Shown here piece after piece: positions 16,546 through 26,313 of a DNA stretch of 48,572 nt (position 1 is its first letter; each line of letters starts with the position of its first letter). A program made the translations under genes and the position numbers. Source of the DNA: Candidatus Sumerlaeia bacterium (GTDB lineage: Bacteria > Sumerlaeota > Sumerlaeia > SLMS01 > JANRJK01); contig JANRJK010000022.1 of assembly GCA_033764015.1 (NCBI GenBank), positions 1 to 48,572 on the forward strand, in the 5' to 3' direction. Under the pieces are notes generated by a model that was not told the DNA's origin, ran no database searches, and was given only the letters and a program-made list of their open reading frames with translations.

Positions 16546-18819
16546 TCAGGGCTTGGCGGCGATGTGGTCCGCCAGCCGGAGCGCCAGCGCCACCGCCGTC
16601 AGCGACGGGTTCGGCACCGGCGCCACGGGGAACACCGAGGCGTCCGCCACGTACAGGTTTTCGTACGCCCACACCCGCTGGTCGGAATTCACGGCCGAAT
16701 GCTGCCGCGAGCTTCCCATGCGCATCGAGCCGACGGCGTGCTGGATCGTGGCGCGCTTGTAGTTGTCCGGCAGGTCGTTCCAGTCTGAGGTTTTCAGCCC
16801 CAGCACATAGAACACCGTGTTGCGCATGTCGCGGGCCATGCGCTTGACGTTGTCGAAGTTGCCGTAACGGCCATTGGCCACCCACTGGTAAACGATGCGG
16901 GCCTTCTGGCCGCGGCCCTGGGCGGTGACGCGGTTGTTGTCGTTCAGCTCGCCGTAGCTGCGCGCCTTCAGGCTCGCCTTTAGAGGCTTTTCGGACTCCA
17001 CACGCTCCAGCACCGGATCGACGACGCGCCGGTTATAGTAGCGGCTGTTCAAATCAAGCTCGCCGATCAAGCATCCCTCGCTCGCCGTCGAGTGGTCCGG
17101 CGTGATGAGCAGCTTCGCCGCGCCGTTGGGATCATGGTAGCGGCTCCCGCTCGGAACGTCGTGGTCGCCCAGGCCGAAGCTAGGGTGGTCCGACAAGCCG
17201 ACGCCGATCTTGCCCGATTCGTCGCGGAGCCCGCTCACCAAGCAGAGCTTCGGAGTCTCGACGGAGCCCAGCGCGAGGACGAACTCCTTGGCCTCGAAGA
17301 AGCGGATTTCATTGGCGAGGAGGTCGTAGCACTCGACCCGCTCGATCCGCCCGCCGGGGCCTTCATGGAGTTGGAGCGCCATCTGGCCCATGCCGACCAC
17401 CAGGTTCCCCTTGGCGGGGGACTTCGGCGACAATGTGTTCTCGATCAGCTCGGCGCTGTTGTGCATCCCGGTGGGGGCGTTGAGGAGGCCGCCGCCGGCG
17501 ATGGAGCGCTTGTCGAAGGCCCACGGCATCTCCTTCGCCCCGTAGTAATAGAGGTGGCGATTCATGTTCTTCGCCGCCTCCGCCGCCCATACTCCCTGCG
17601 ACTTGCCCTTCAGCATCAGCTCCTCGGCCTGCGTGTAGTACCCGCCGCCGCCGGTCGCCGGGGAAGCGTCCTTCAACGCGCGCGTGACCGCGTCGGGCCA
17701 GTAGACCGCATCGAGTTCCCAGTCCATCATGCGCGGTGCGATGCCGGACCAGAACATGGAGCGTCCGCCGAGCATGAAGTGCGGGCCCTCCCAGAACGGC
17801 GACTCGCCGACGATGTCCGCCTGCCGCGACCAGAGGTAGCGGAACACTTCGGTGTTCGCGACGAGGTTCGACGCGTGCGTGTGCAGCTGGTGCGTGCCCA
17901 TCTCGAGGAGCAGCACGCGCTTGCCGCGGTGCGCGAGGCGGTTCGCCACCGGGCCCCCCGCCATGCCGGAGCCGATCACGATGGCGTCGAAGCGCTCGCT
18001 GGTCTTGCGCGGGCCCTGGATGCGGGCGCGGGCGTCGAGGGGCATCTCCAGCGAGAGACCCTCGGCGCCGTATTGGAACAGCTCCTTCGGCGCCGGCCCG
18101 AGCTGGATCCGCTTGGCGTTCGCGAAGTCCTGCGTCGAGTAGAAGTTACGTCCGCCCAGGTCGGCCTTGTGGTTCGGGCCGTCGCTCCAAACCAGGCCGT
18201 CGAGCACGAACTTGAAGTCGAAGTTCTTCGGGTACCGCGCCGGGTCGAAGTAGAAGACCCAGGCGGAGTAGAGGATCACCCGGTCGCCGGCCTCGTTGAT
18301 CTTCCAGGTCACCGGCCGATAGGAGCCGGGCACATCGACGGTCCATCCGTCGACCTCGCCGCGGATCGCGACGCGGTGCGCGGGGCGCAATTCGGGCGCG
18401 TGAAGGTGCACCTCGCCGAGGTAGTCGGGGTACTTGGGGTGCGGATCGTCCTTCTCGTAGTCCTTGGCGACGAGGATCTCCCCACCGTCGCGCCTGGCCT
18501 CGCAGCCGAGCGCTCCGCACTCGAGATACGCCGGATAGTCCGGGGGCTGGTGCTGGCGCATGTCGGAAAGCGGCACCGTGACGAGCGGCGTGCCATCCGG
18601 GGCATGGGTTGGCGGGGCGTCCGCCGTCGTGGTGGTTGCGACCGTCGCGGCGGCCAGTGGCGCGCTTGCGGGCTTCTTGGCGGGCGCCTTCTTCGCGGCG
18701 GGCTTGGCGGCGGGGGCCGCGGTGGCGGGCTTCGGGGCGGGCTTCGCCGGCTTGGCGGCGGGCTTCGGCTTCGCCTCCTCGGAGGGGGTCTTCTTCTTCG
18801 CGGGCTTCTTTTCGGCCAT
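16546..18819 (-). CDS. GMC family oxidoreductase with an N-terminal Lys/Ala/Pro-rich tail and a CBM/Ig-like domain
   Basis: FAD motif DAIVIGSGMAGG, LGGRSMFW, LALGSVETPKL, catalytic HAVGSMRMG and PNPSLT; FDFKFVLDG.VWSDGPNH resembles CBM48/CBM20-type domains. Confidence 0.85.
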   Translation of the reverse strand: MAEKKPAKKKTPSEEAKPKPAAKPAKPAPKPATAAPAAKPAAKKAPAKKPASAPLAAATVATTTTADAPPTHAPDGTPLVTVPLSDMRQHQPPDYPAYLECGALGCEARRDGGEILVAKDYEKDDPHPKYPDYLGEVHLHAPELRPAHRVAIRGEVDGWTVDVPGSYRPVTWKINEAGDRVILYSAWVFYFDPARYPKNFDFKFVLDGLVWSDGPNHKADLGGRNFYSTQDFANAKRIQLGPAPKELFQYGAEGLSLEMPLDARARIQGPRKTSERFDAIVIGSGMAGGPVANRLAHRGKRVLLLEMGTHQLHTHASNLVANTEVFRYLWSRQADIVGESPFWEGPHFMLGGRSMFWSGIAPRMMDWELDAVYWPDAVTRALKDASPATGGGGYYTQAEELMLKGKSQGVWAAEAAKNMNRHLYYYGAKEMPWAFDKRSIAGGGLLNAPTGMHNSAELIENTLSPKSPAKGNLVVGMGQMALQLHEGPGGRIERVECYDLLANEIRFFEAKEFVLALGSVETPKLCLVSGLRDESGKIGVGLSDHPSFGLGDHDVPSGSRYHDPNGAAKLLITPDHSTASEGCLIGELDLNSRYYNRRVVDPVLERVESEKPLKASLKARSYGELNDNNRVTAQGRGQKARIVYQWVANGRYGNFDNVKRMARDMRNTVFYVLGLKTSDWNDLPDNYKRATIQHAVGSMRMGSSRQHSAVNSDQRVWAYENLYVADASVFPVAPVPNPSLTAVALALRLADHIAAKP

Positions 18820-18971
18820 GCTAATGCACCTCTTTCGGGGAAGTGTGACCGCCGCCGCGTTGCCGACGGCGGTGCTCCATTGCGATTTCGAACAAGGCCC
18901 GAGGGTGCGGCGGGAGGAACGCGATCCTCAACCGGAACACGGAGGTGTGGAATCGGTTTACCGGTAATGAG

Positions 18972-19001
18972 GAAGCGCCTCCCCGGGTGGGGAGGCGCTT
19001 C
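18972..19001 (-). terminator. Stem-loop downstream of the nitronate monooxygenase-like gene
   Basis: 13-bp perfect stem gaagcgcctcccc / ggggaggcgcttc with a 4-nt loop; weak U-tract. Confidence 0.55.
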
Positions 19002-19030
19002 TGGGAACCGTGGCCAAGGGGAGCGCGGCG

Positions 19031-20464
19031 TCAGACGGGCGCCAGCTCTCCTGCAAGCAGATACCGCATCACATCCTCCGCCGTGTAGGACGTGGAGCCG
19101 TCTTTGAAGAAGGGGGCGAGGTTCACGACGTCGTCGCCGGCGGTGAGGATGGGGAGCTCGCGCTTGCCGTCCTTGCGCGGCTGGCCGATGCCGACGCTGG
19201 CCGCGAGGCCGTTGCAGAGGCACTTGCGCCCCACCGTGTCCTCCAGCAGGCCGCCCTTCTTGAGGTAGTCGTCGATCGGCTCGGACGCGCAGCGGTAGCC
19301 GAGCGTGCCGTCCTCCTTGCGGTAGACCGAGCGCAGGTAGCCGAGGTCGCAGATGCGGTCGCGCTCGGCGTACACCTCCGCCTCCGACATGGTGCCCGGG
19401 TGGTTGACCACCTTGAACGGGAAGCCGGTCGGCGAGGCGACGGGATCGGTGTAGACGGAGGCTTCGCCCCGGACGACCCGGTCCAGAACGGCGCGGCGGA
19501 TCTCGGGCAGGAGGCCGGAATCCTCGCAGAAGGCGAAGGCGGTGCCGACCTGGATGCCCTGGCCGCCGAGGTCGAGCGCGCGGCGCAGCGCCTCCGGCTT
19601 TCCGGCGCCGCCGGCGAGCCAGAAGGGAAGCCCGAGGGTGCGGAGCTTGTCGAAATCCATTTCGTCGCGCTCGCCGTAGATCGGCTCGCCGATCTCGTTC
19701 TTGCGCATGGCGCCGCGGGGGGGCGCGTTGTGGCCGCCGGCGGTGTGCCGCTCGACCACCCAGCCGTTGATCTCGCCGTTGGCGCGCTTCTGCAGCGCCT
19801 GCGCCAGGACGAAGGAGGAGATGATGGCGAGGAACTGCGGGCGCGCCGGCGCCGGCGGAAGCGGATCGAACAGCGCCGCGGGGTCGAACAGCACGTCGAC
19901 GCTCCCGTCGCCCTTCGGGTCGTCCACCGGGATGCGCATGCAGGTGGACTCGTTCTGCGCAAGCTTGTCGAGGATGCCGGGGATCTGCGAGGGGATGCCC
20001 GCGCCCATCAGCACGAAGGACACGCCGCCGAGCATCGCCCCGTACATCGAGGCCATGTTTGGGAGCTGGATCTTCTCGAGCAGGTTGATGCCCACGACGC
20101 CCTTGTGGCCCTCGCGGGCGAGGCGGGCCTCGCAGAAGTTCGCCAGCACCGTGATCCGCAGCAGGTCGCGGGGCGCGTCGACGCGGTGCATGCCGGGCGA
20201 CTTGTACTTCTGGTCCGGCGCTCGGCCGCCCTCGATGAAGAACTTCTCGAGCGCCTGCGCCACCAGCCCCTGGTCGAAGAAGTCGCGCATGACGCGGCGC
20301 AAATGCCCGCCCGGGTCGCCGTCCTGGAGCCGGCGGACGAAGACGAGGTCGAGTCCCGTGCCGGAAAAGACGCCGAGCCCGCCGAGGCGCGAGACCGCGT
20401 TGGCGAGCTTCCAGTTCGAGACGGCGACGCCCATGCCGCCTTGGATGATCCGGGGAAGTTCCAC
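19031..20464 (-). CDS. Nitronate monooxygenase / FabK-like FMN-dependent oxidoreductase
   Basis: PRIIQGGMGVAVS, MGAGIP, AGGHNAPPRG, GIQVGTAFA, ASPTGFPFK and a Cys-rich tail (RICDLGYL, CLCNGL); GAGGTG RBS before GTG at 20464. Confidence 0.85.
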   Translation of the reverse strand: MELPRIIQGGMGVAVSNWKLANAVSRLGGLGVFSGTGLDLVFVRRLQDGDPGGHLRRVMRDFFDQGLVAQALEKFFIEGGRAPDQKYKSPGMHRVDAPRDLLRITVLANFCEARLAREGHKGVVGINLLEKIQLPNMASMYGAMLGGVSFVLMGAGIPSQIPGILDKLAQNESTCMRIPVDDPKGDGSVDVLFDPAALFDPLPPAPARPQFLAIISSFVLAQALQKRANGEINGWVVERHTAGGHNAPPRGAMRKNEIGEPIYGERDEMDFDKLRTLGLPFWLAGGAGKPEALRRALDLGGQGIQVGTAFAFCEDSGLLPEIRRAVLDRVVRGEASVYTDPVASPTGFPFKVVNHPGTMSEAEVYAERDRICDLGYLRSVYRKEDGTLGYRCASEPIDDYLKKGGLLEDTVGRKCLCNGLAASVGIGQPRKDGKRELPILTAGDDVVNLAPFFKDGSTSYTAEDVMRYLLAGELAPV

Positions 20465-20602
20465 GCTGCGCACCTCTTGCCTTCGTCGGAATGATCTCGC
20501 GATGGCTTTATTTTCTCCAAACGGGTATGGTTGCGCAAGCGGGGATGCGTGCAACCGGAATCGCGGACAGCTTATCCGCTCCTTGTCCGCTCAGGCCCCG
20601 CG

Positions 20603-21235
20603 TCACTCCATCCGCCGTTCACCCGAGGCGTCGAGCTGCGTCCGCCGCACGTCGCCCGGCGAGACGGTGCCGTTCGTCGGATCGTAAATCTCGTACAGCG
20701 TGGTGCCGTCCGCCGCCTGGTACGACGGCCCGGCCACTTGGTCCGGGCCATAGCCCCAGAGCTCCCAGCCGCCGCTGTACTTCGTGCGCGAGACGGGGGG
20801 GAAAGGGCTGAAATTGTTGATGTTCTCGAAGCGGTCCACGTGCTTCGCATTGATGTAGTTGTAGTAGTCGAGATGCCGCGGATCGGTCGAGCCCGTCTGG
20901 AAGGAGTTGTTCCGGCGGGGTGGCTTGAAGGGATCGAGAAGGATGCCTTTGCTGCCCAGGTAGGCGACGGGCGTCGTGATGTCGTTGGGCACGAAGAAGT
21001 AGATCGTCAGCGTCCCGCGCCGCTGGAAGGTGTACATCGGCGGGTACCAGTTGTTGTCCACCTGGTAGGCCTCGAAGGCGGTGGCGATGGTGCGCATGTC
21101 CGCCTTCACTCGGCTCACCTTCGCCCGTGTCTGGGCTTCGAGGAAGTTCGGCAGGGCGACCGCCGCCAGGATCGAGATGATCGCGACGACGACGAGGAGT
21201 TCGATGAGCGTGAAGGCGCTCCGGAGGGTGGGCAT
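20603..21235 (-). CDS. Type IV pilin-like / GspG-like pseudopilin with a prepilin cleavage motif
   Basis: A|FTLIELLVVVAIISILAAVALPNF, AQTRAKVSRVKADMR, GYGPD and YDPTNGTVSPGDV. Confidence 0.9.
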   Translation of the reverse strand: MPTLRSAFTLIELLVVVAIISILAAVALPNFLEAQTRAKVSRVKADMRTIATAFEAYQVDNNWYPPMYTFQRRGTLTIYFFVPNDITTPVAYLGSKGILLDPFKPPRRNNSFQTGSTDPRHLDYYNYINAKHVDRFENINNFSPFPPVSRTKYSGGWELWGYGPDQVAGPSYQAADGTTLYEIYDPTNGTVSPGDVRRTQLDASGERRME

Positions 21236-21304
21236 GAGGGTGGACTGCCGCCAAGGGGGGGTGGCGCGGGCGGAAACCGGGGGGAGACAGCGCCGCAAAG
21301 CGAT

Positions 21305-21333
21305 AGGATGGCGCGCGCAATCGCTTCCGGCAA
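21305..21333 (-). promoter_or_regulatory. Putative promoter of the pseudopilin gene (TTGCCG-N17-CATCCT)
   Basis: 17-bp spacing, about 70 nt upstream of the ATG. Confidence 0.45.
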
Positions 21334-21369
21334 GCAGTGTTTCGGTGTTTTCCCTGAGCCGCTAACGCT

Positions 21370-22620
21370 TTACTTCGCGAACCACTCCCGCGTTTCGAGC
21401 ATTTCCTCGGTTCGGGGGCCGTAGGAGATGTAGTCGATCGGCGTTCCCGTCTGCTGGTGGATGAAGCGCAGGTACTTGCGGAAGTTGTCGTGGTTCGTGT
21501 CGGGCCAGCCGGGGAGCTCGACGTAAACCGGCTCGGCGCCGAAGAAGTCGCGCGAGGTGGCGGGCAGCTCCTTGCGCTTCCCCTTCACGTCGTAGGCGAC
21601 GCACACCTTCACCTTCTCGAAGCCGTTCAGCACGTCGGCCTTGGTGACGATGAAGCTGGTGAGGCCGCTGCGGTAGTGCACATAGCGGAGCGCGGGCAGG
21701 TCGAGCCAGCCGCAGCGCCGGGGGCGCCCGGTGGTGGCGCCGAACTCCTTGCCGCGCTCGCGGATCAGCGCGCCTTCCGCGCCGTGGTCCTCCGTCGGGA
21801 AGGGGCCGCCGCCGACGCGGGTGGTGTAGGCCTTGAGCACGCCCATCACGGAATCGAGTTCGAAGGTCGAGAATCCGACCGTCGAGACGCCGTGCGCCAT
21901 CGTGGGGCTCGAGGTGACGAAGGGGTAGGTGCCGAAGTCGAGATCGAGCATCACGCCCTGCGCGCCCTCGAAGAGGACCGATTCCTCGCGGAACGTCTTC
22001 GCCATCTCGACGGCGCTGGTGAAGTGGACATCGAGCGAGACGAGCTCGTCCTTCAGCTTGAGGAGGCGGTCGAAGACCTCGCGGGGGCCCTGCTCCATGC
22101 GCCCGCCGTAAAGCTGCTGCTTGAGGTGGTGCAGCTCCTCGAGGCGGTCCAGGAGCACGTCCTCGTCGATCAGGTGGTAGAGCTTGATGCCGCCGCGGGA
22201 CGCCTTGTCGGTGTAGGCGGGGCCGATGCCGCGGCGCGTGGTGCCGATGGGCGTGCGGCGCATGTCCTCGAGGATCACATCCTCCTGCTTGTGCCAGGGG
22301 AGGACCAGGAAGACCTCGGGATCGAGGTAGATGCGGCGGGAGATGCCGGGGAAGTGCGCCTCGAGTTCGCGCAGCTCGACGATGAGCTGCTCGAGGTCGA
22401 TCACCATGCCGGCGCTGAGGAAGCCCTTGCAGTCGCCGTCCATGGCGATGCTGGGCACCAGGTGGTTCACGAACTTCTTGTCGCGGAAGTAGATCGTGTG
22501 TCCGGCGTTGGCGCCGCCGGAGAAGCGCACGACCCACTGGTAGTCACGCGAGAAGTAGTTGACGACCTTGCCTTTTCCCTCGTCGCCCCACTGGGCGCCG
22601 ACGATGGCGATTCGCTTCAT
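21370..22620 (-). CDS. purA: Adenylosuccinate synthetase
   Basis: GAQWGDEGKGK, GGANAGHT, IGTTRRGIGPAY, FEGAQG and GATTGRPRRCGWLD. Confidence 0.97.
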   Translation of the reverse strand: MKRIAIVGAQWGDEGKGKVVNYFSRDYQWVVRFSGGANAGHTIYFRDKKFVNHLVPSIAMDGDCKGFLSAGMVIDLEQLIVELRELEAHFPGISRRIYLDPEVFLVLPWHKQEDVILEDMRRTPIGTTRRGIGPAYTDKASRGGIKLYHLIDEDVLLDRLEELHHLKQQLYGGRMEQGPREVFDRLLKLKDELVSLDVHFTSAVEMAKTFREESVLFEGAQGVMLDLDFGTYPFVTSSPTMAHGVSTVGFSTFELDSVMGVLKAYTTRVGGGPFPTEDHGAEGALIRERGKEFGATTGRPRRCGWLDLPALRYVHYRSGLTSFIVTKADVLNGFEKVKVCVAYDVKGKRKELPATSRDFFGAEPVYVELPGWPDTNHDNFRKYLRFIHQQTGTPIDYISYGPRTEEMLETREWFAK

Positions 22621-22637
22621 GGGATTGGTGTCCCGCC

Positions 22638-23933
22638 TCAGGGTAGTTGGAACCGCTGGAACACGTCGCCGACGTGGCGCAGGTAGGCCGCGCCGTCGAA
22701 CACCCGGTCGAGGTCGTCCTCCGCCAGCAAGCGGCGCACGCGGTCATCCTGCCCGGCCAGCGCGCGGAAGTCACGCCTCGAATTCGCCGCTTCCATGGCG
22801 CGCTGCTGCACCAGCAGGTACGCCTCCTCGCGCGACATGCCCTTGTCCACCAGCGCCAGCAGCAGCCGCTGCGAGAAGACCAGGTTGTGCGAGGCGCCGA
22901 AGTTCTCGCGCATCCGCTCCGTGTCGACCACCAGCCCCTCCACCAGGCCCACGGTCCGCTGCGCCATGTAGTGCGCGGCGAGCGCGGCGTCCGGCAGGAT
23001 CACGCGGTCCGCGGAGGAGTGCGAGATGTCACGCTCGTGCCAAAGGGCGATGTTCTCGTAGGCGGTCGCCACGTGGCCCCGCAGCAGCCGCGCGAGGCCG
23101 CAGAGCCGCTCGCAAAGGATCGGGTTCCGCTTGTGCGGCATCGCGGAGGATCCGCGCTGGCCGCTGCGGAACGGCTCCATCGCCTCGCCCACCTCCGTGC
23201 GCTGCAGGTGGCGCACCTCGGTGGCGAGCCGCTCGATCCCCGCGCCGAGCAGCGCAAGCGCCGAGACCCACTCCGCGTGGTGGTCGCGGGGGACCACCTG
23301 CGTGGAGACCTTCGAGGGCTTGAGGCCGAGCTTCGCCAGCACGCGCTCCTCGAGCTGCGGCGGGATGTGCGCGTAGTTGCCGACGGCGCCGCTGATCTTG
23401 CCGTGCGCGATGCCGTCGGTGGCGCGGGCCACGCGCTCGCGGTTGCGCTCCGCCTCCGCCAGCCACGACAGCGCTTTGAGGCCGAAGGAGGTGGGCTCCG
23501 CGTGCATGCCGTGCGTGCGGCCCACCGTGATCGTGTCCTTGTGCCGGAGCGCGAGGCCGCGCAGCGCCTCGATCATGCGGTCCACCTCCGCCAGCACCAG
23601 CTCGCCGGCGCGCTTCATCGCCAGCGACCACGCCGTGTCCACCACGTCGGAGCTGGTCAGGCCCTTGTGGAAGTAGCGCGCCTCGTCGCCCATGCGCGAG
23701 GTGACCGACTTGATGAAGGCGATCACGTCGTGGTCCGTCTCCATCTCGATGCGGCGGATCTCGTCCGGATCGATGACCGCCTTGGCGCGCATGACGGCCG
23801 CGCTGCCCTGCGGCGCGTCGCCGGTCTCCTCGAAGACCTCGACGACGGCGAGCTCGACCTCGAGCCAGCGCGCGTATTGCGCGGCCTCGGTCCAAAGCTC
23901 CTTCATGGGGGAAAGGGAGTAGCGTTCGATCAT
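22638..23933 (-). CDS. purB: Adenylosuccinate lyase
   Basis: GLTSSD, GRTHG.HAEPT, GSSAMPHKRNP and LWHERDISHSS. Confidence 0.97.
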   Translation of the reverse strand: MIERYSLSPMKELWTEAAQYARWLEVELAVVEVFEETGDAPQGSAAVMRAKAVIDPDEIRRIEMETDHDVIAFIKSVTSRMGDEARYFHKGLTSSDVVDTAWSLAMKRAGELVLAEVDRMIEALRGLALRHKDTITVGRTHGMHAEPTSFGLKALSWLAEAERNRERVARATDGIAHGKISGAVGNYAHIPPQLEERVLAKLGLKPSKVSTQVVPRDHHAEWVSALALLGAGIERLATEVRHLQRTEVGEAMEPFRSGQRGSSAMPHKRNPILCERLCGLARLLRGHVATAYENIALWHERDISHSSADRVILPDAALAAHYMAQRTVGLVEGLVVDTERMRENFGASHNLVFSQRLLLALVDKGMSREEAYLLVQQRAMEAANSRRDFRALAGQDDRVRRLLAEDDLDRVFDGAAYLRHVGDVFQRFQLP

Positions 23934-23970
23934 GGCTGCGGCTCGCGGTTCGGCTTCGGGGCGGGGCGGG

Positions 23971-24573
23971 TCAGGAGATCGCGCGGCTGCCCGGCTTGAC
24001 CGGTATCGATCCGGCCTTGCAGAGGGGGCAATCGCTCCGTTCCCAGGTGGGGATTCGGAGCCGCGCCCAGGAGCGGAACGGCACGCCGGCGTCCACGCCC
24101 GATTCCGATCGGTCCACCACCGCGGCGATGCCGGCGACGCGGGCGCCGTGCGCCTCCGCGAGCGCCTTCAGCTCGAGCACCGTGCCGCCGGTCGTGGTGA
24201 CGTCCTCGGCGAGCAGCACCAGCTCGCCGGGGGCGATGGAGAAGCCGCGGCGCAGCGCGAGCGCGCCGTCCACGCGCTCCGCGAACAGCGCGCGGGCGCC
24301 GGGGAACTCGCGCGCGAGCGCATAGCCCCACGTGATGCCGCCGATCGCGGGCGCCAGCGTCGCGGCGACGGGCTGTCCGGCGAACTCCGCCGCGACGGCG
24401 CGGGCGATCGCCTCCGCGCGCCCGGGGCGCTCGAGCAGCCGCATCGCCTGCAGGTAATGCGTCGAGGTGCGCCCCGACGTGAGGAGGAAGTGGCCCGTGA
24501 GGAGGGCGCCGGTTTCTTCCAGCGCCGCGCGCACGGCGGCCGGAAGCGCGTCGAGGTCAGGAGCTTGGGACAT
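23971..24573 (-). CDS. pyrE: Orotate phosphoribosyltransferase
   Basis: GALLTGHFLLTSG and PRPP motif LLAEDVTTTGG; pyr operon context. Confidence 0.93.
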   Translation of the reverse strand: MSQAPDLDALPAAVRAALEETGALLTGHFLLTSGRTSTHYLQAMRLLERPGRAEAIARAVAAEFAGQPVAATLAPAIGGITWGYALAREFPGARALFAERVDGALALRRGFSIAPGELVLLAEDVTTTGGTVLELKALAEAHGARVAGIAAVVDRSESGVDAGVPFRSWARLRIPTWERSDCPLCKAGSIPVKPGSRAIS

Positions 24574-25366
24574 AGGGCGCGGTGAGCTCCTTGAGGAGCT
24601 GCGCCTCCTTCCGGGCGGCGGTGGCGAAGTCCTCGCCGCGCGAGGCGTAGAGCACCGAGCGGCTGGCGGCGACGATCACCGGCCCGGTCGGGGAGGCGGC
24701 GGCCTCGAGGCTCGCGCGGGCGTCGCCGCCCTGCGCGCCGACGCCGGGCAGCAGGATCGGCGCCCCGGGCGCCAGCGCGCGGATCTCGGCCAGCAGCGAC
24801 GGCCGCGTCGCGCCCGCCACCAGCCCGGTGTTCGGGTTGATCGCGGCCCACTCGCTCCAGGTCGCGGCGATCTTGCGGTATAGACCCGTCCCGAGCAGGA
24901 ACTCGTCCGCGCCGGGGTTCGACGTGGCGCAGAGCACGAACACGCCGCGGTCGCGGTGCGCGAGGAAGGGCGCCAGCGTGTCGCTCCCCATCATCGGGTT
25001 CACCGTCACCGCGTCGGCGCGGTGCGTGTCGAAGAGCGCGCGGGCGTACAGCTCGGCGGTGTGGCCGACGTCGCCGCGCTTCGCGTCCAGGACCACGGGC
25101 AGCTCGCGCGGGATCAGCGCGCGGATCCGGTCCAGCAGGTGCCAGCCCATCGCGCCGTGGACCTCGTAGTACGCCGTGTTGATCTTGTAGCAGCACGCGA
25201 AGTTCCGCGTCACCTCCACGATGGCGGAGAGGAACGCCTCCGCCTGGTCGAAGTCGTCGTGGAAATGCCTCGGCATCAGCTTGCGGTCGAGGTCGAGCCC
25301 GACGCAGAGCGCCGTCTGGTTCTTGCGCATCGCCTCCTTGAGGCGTTCGAGGAACGATTCGCTCAT
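24557..25366 (-). CDS. pyrF: Orotidine-5'-phosphate decarboxylase
   Basis: LCVGLD, LDAKRGDVGHT, TSNPG, GAT and LLPGVGAQGG; ATGA overlap with pyrD. Confidence 0.95.
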   Translation of the reverse strand: MSESFLERLKEAMRKNQTALCVGLDLDRKLMPRHFHDDFDQAEAFLSAIVEVTRNFACCYKINTAYYEVHGAMGWHLLDRIRALIPRELPVVLDAKRGDVGHTAELYARALFDTHRADAVTVNPMMGSDTLAPFLAHRDRGVFVLCATSNPGADEFLLGTGLYRKIAATWSEWAAINPNTGLVAGATRPSLLAEIRALAPGAPILLPGVGAQGGDARASLEAAASPTGPVIVAASRSVLYASRGEDFATAARKEAQLLKELTAPYVPSS

Positions 25367-26313
25367 CGCACGATGGCCCCCTGCAGGTCGCGGATCCGCT
25401 CGAAGCCCTGGCTCCGGCAGTACGCCTCCAGCCCGTCGACGATGCGCCCGGCGCAGCGCGGATCGACCAGCGCCGCGGTGCCGACGCCGAAGGCGCAGGC
25501 GCCGGCGAGGAAGTACTCGACCGCGTCCTCCGCCTCCATCACGCCGCCGAGGCCGACGACGGGGAAGCCGGGCAGCTCGCGCGCCACCTCGTAAACGAGC
25601 CGCAGCATCATCGGCTTGATCGCCGGCCCCGAGTAGCCGGAGACCACGTTCGCGAACACCGGCCGCCGCGTCCGCGTGTCGAAGGAGAGCCCGAGGAACG
25701 AGTTCGCCACCGTCACGGCGTCCGCGCCCGTGTCGCGCGCGGCCCTCGCCATGGTCGAGATCGACGTGACGTTCGGGCTCAGCTTGATCCAGACGGGGCG
25801 CCCGCGGGACGCGCCGCGCACCGCGGCGGTCGTCTCGCGCACGAGTCCCTCGTCCGTGCCGAACGCCGCGCCCCCCGCCTTGACGTTCGGGCAGGAGAGG
25901 TTCGCCTCGAGCACATCCACGCCCTCCGCCACGGCGAGCATCGCGGCCATCTCCGCGAACTCCTCGACGGAGGAGCCGGAGAAGTTCACCACGCGCTTCG
26001 TCGGGTAGTCGCGGATCAGCGGCAGCTTGTCGGCGATGAACGCCTCGATGCCGACGTTCTCGAGGCCGACGGAGTTGAGCAGGCCGCCGTTGCATTCGCG
26101 GACGCGGGGCTCCGGGTTGCCGGCGCGCGGGTGCCGCGTGATGCCCTTCGGCGACAGCGCGCCCACGCGCGAGTAGTCGAGGTACGGCAGCGCCTCGGGG
26201 CCGTAGCCCCAGGTGCCCGAGGCGAGGATCAGCGGCGTGGCGAGTTCGACCCCGCCGACGCTGACGCGGAGATCGACGGCGGGGGCTTCAGCCTCAACGG
26301 AATGCGGCGGCAT
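25363..26313 (-). CDS. pyrD: Dihydroorotate dehydrogenase, class 1B catalytic subunit
   Basis: ILASGT, GNPEPR, NSVGLEN, EANLSCPNV, IKLSPN and GYSGPAIKP. Confidence 0.95.
   Translation of the reverse strand: MPPHSVEAEAPAVDLRVSVGGVELATPLILASGTWGYGPEALPYLDYSRVGALSPKGITRHPRAGNPEPRVRECNGGLLNSVGLENVGIEAFIADKLPLIRDYPTKRVVNFSGSSVEEFAEMAAMLAVAEGVDVLEANLSCPNVKAGGAAFGTDEGLVRETTAAVRGASRGRPVWIKLSPNVTSISTMARAARDTGADAVTVANSFLGLSFDTRTRRPVFANVVSGYSGPAIKPMMLRLVYEVARELPGFPVVGLGGVMEAEDAVEYFLAGACAFGVGTAALVDPRCAGRIVDGLEAYCRSQGFERIRDLQGAIVR

Noticed and set aside
21370..22620. Possible PurZ (2-aminoadenine pathway) rather than PurA
   Set aside because: It keeps the catalytic Asp in GDEGKG (PurZ has Ser) and sits beside purB in a housekeeping operon.
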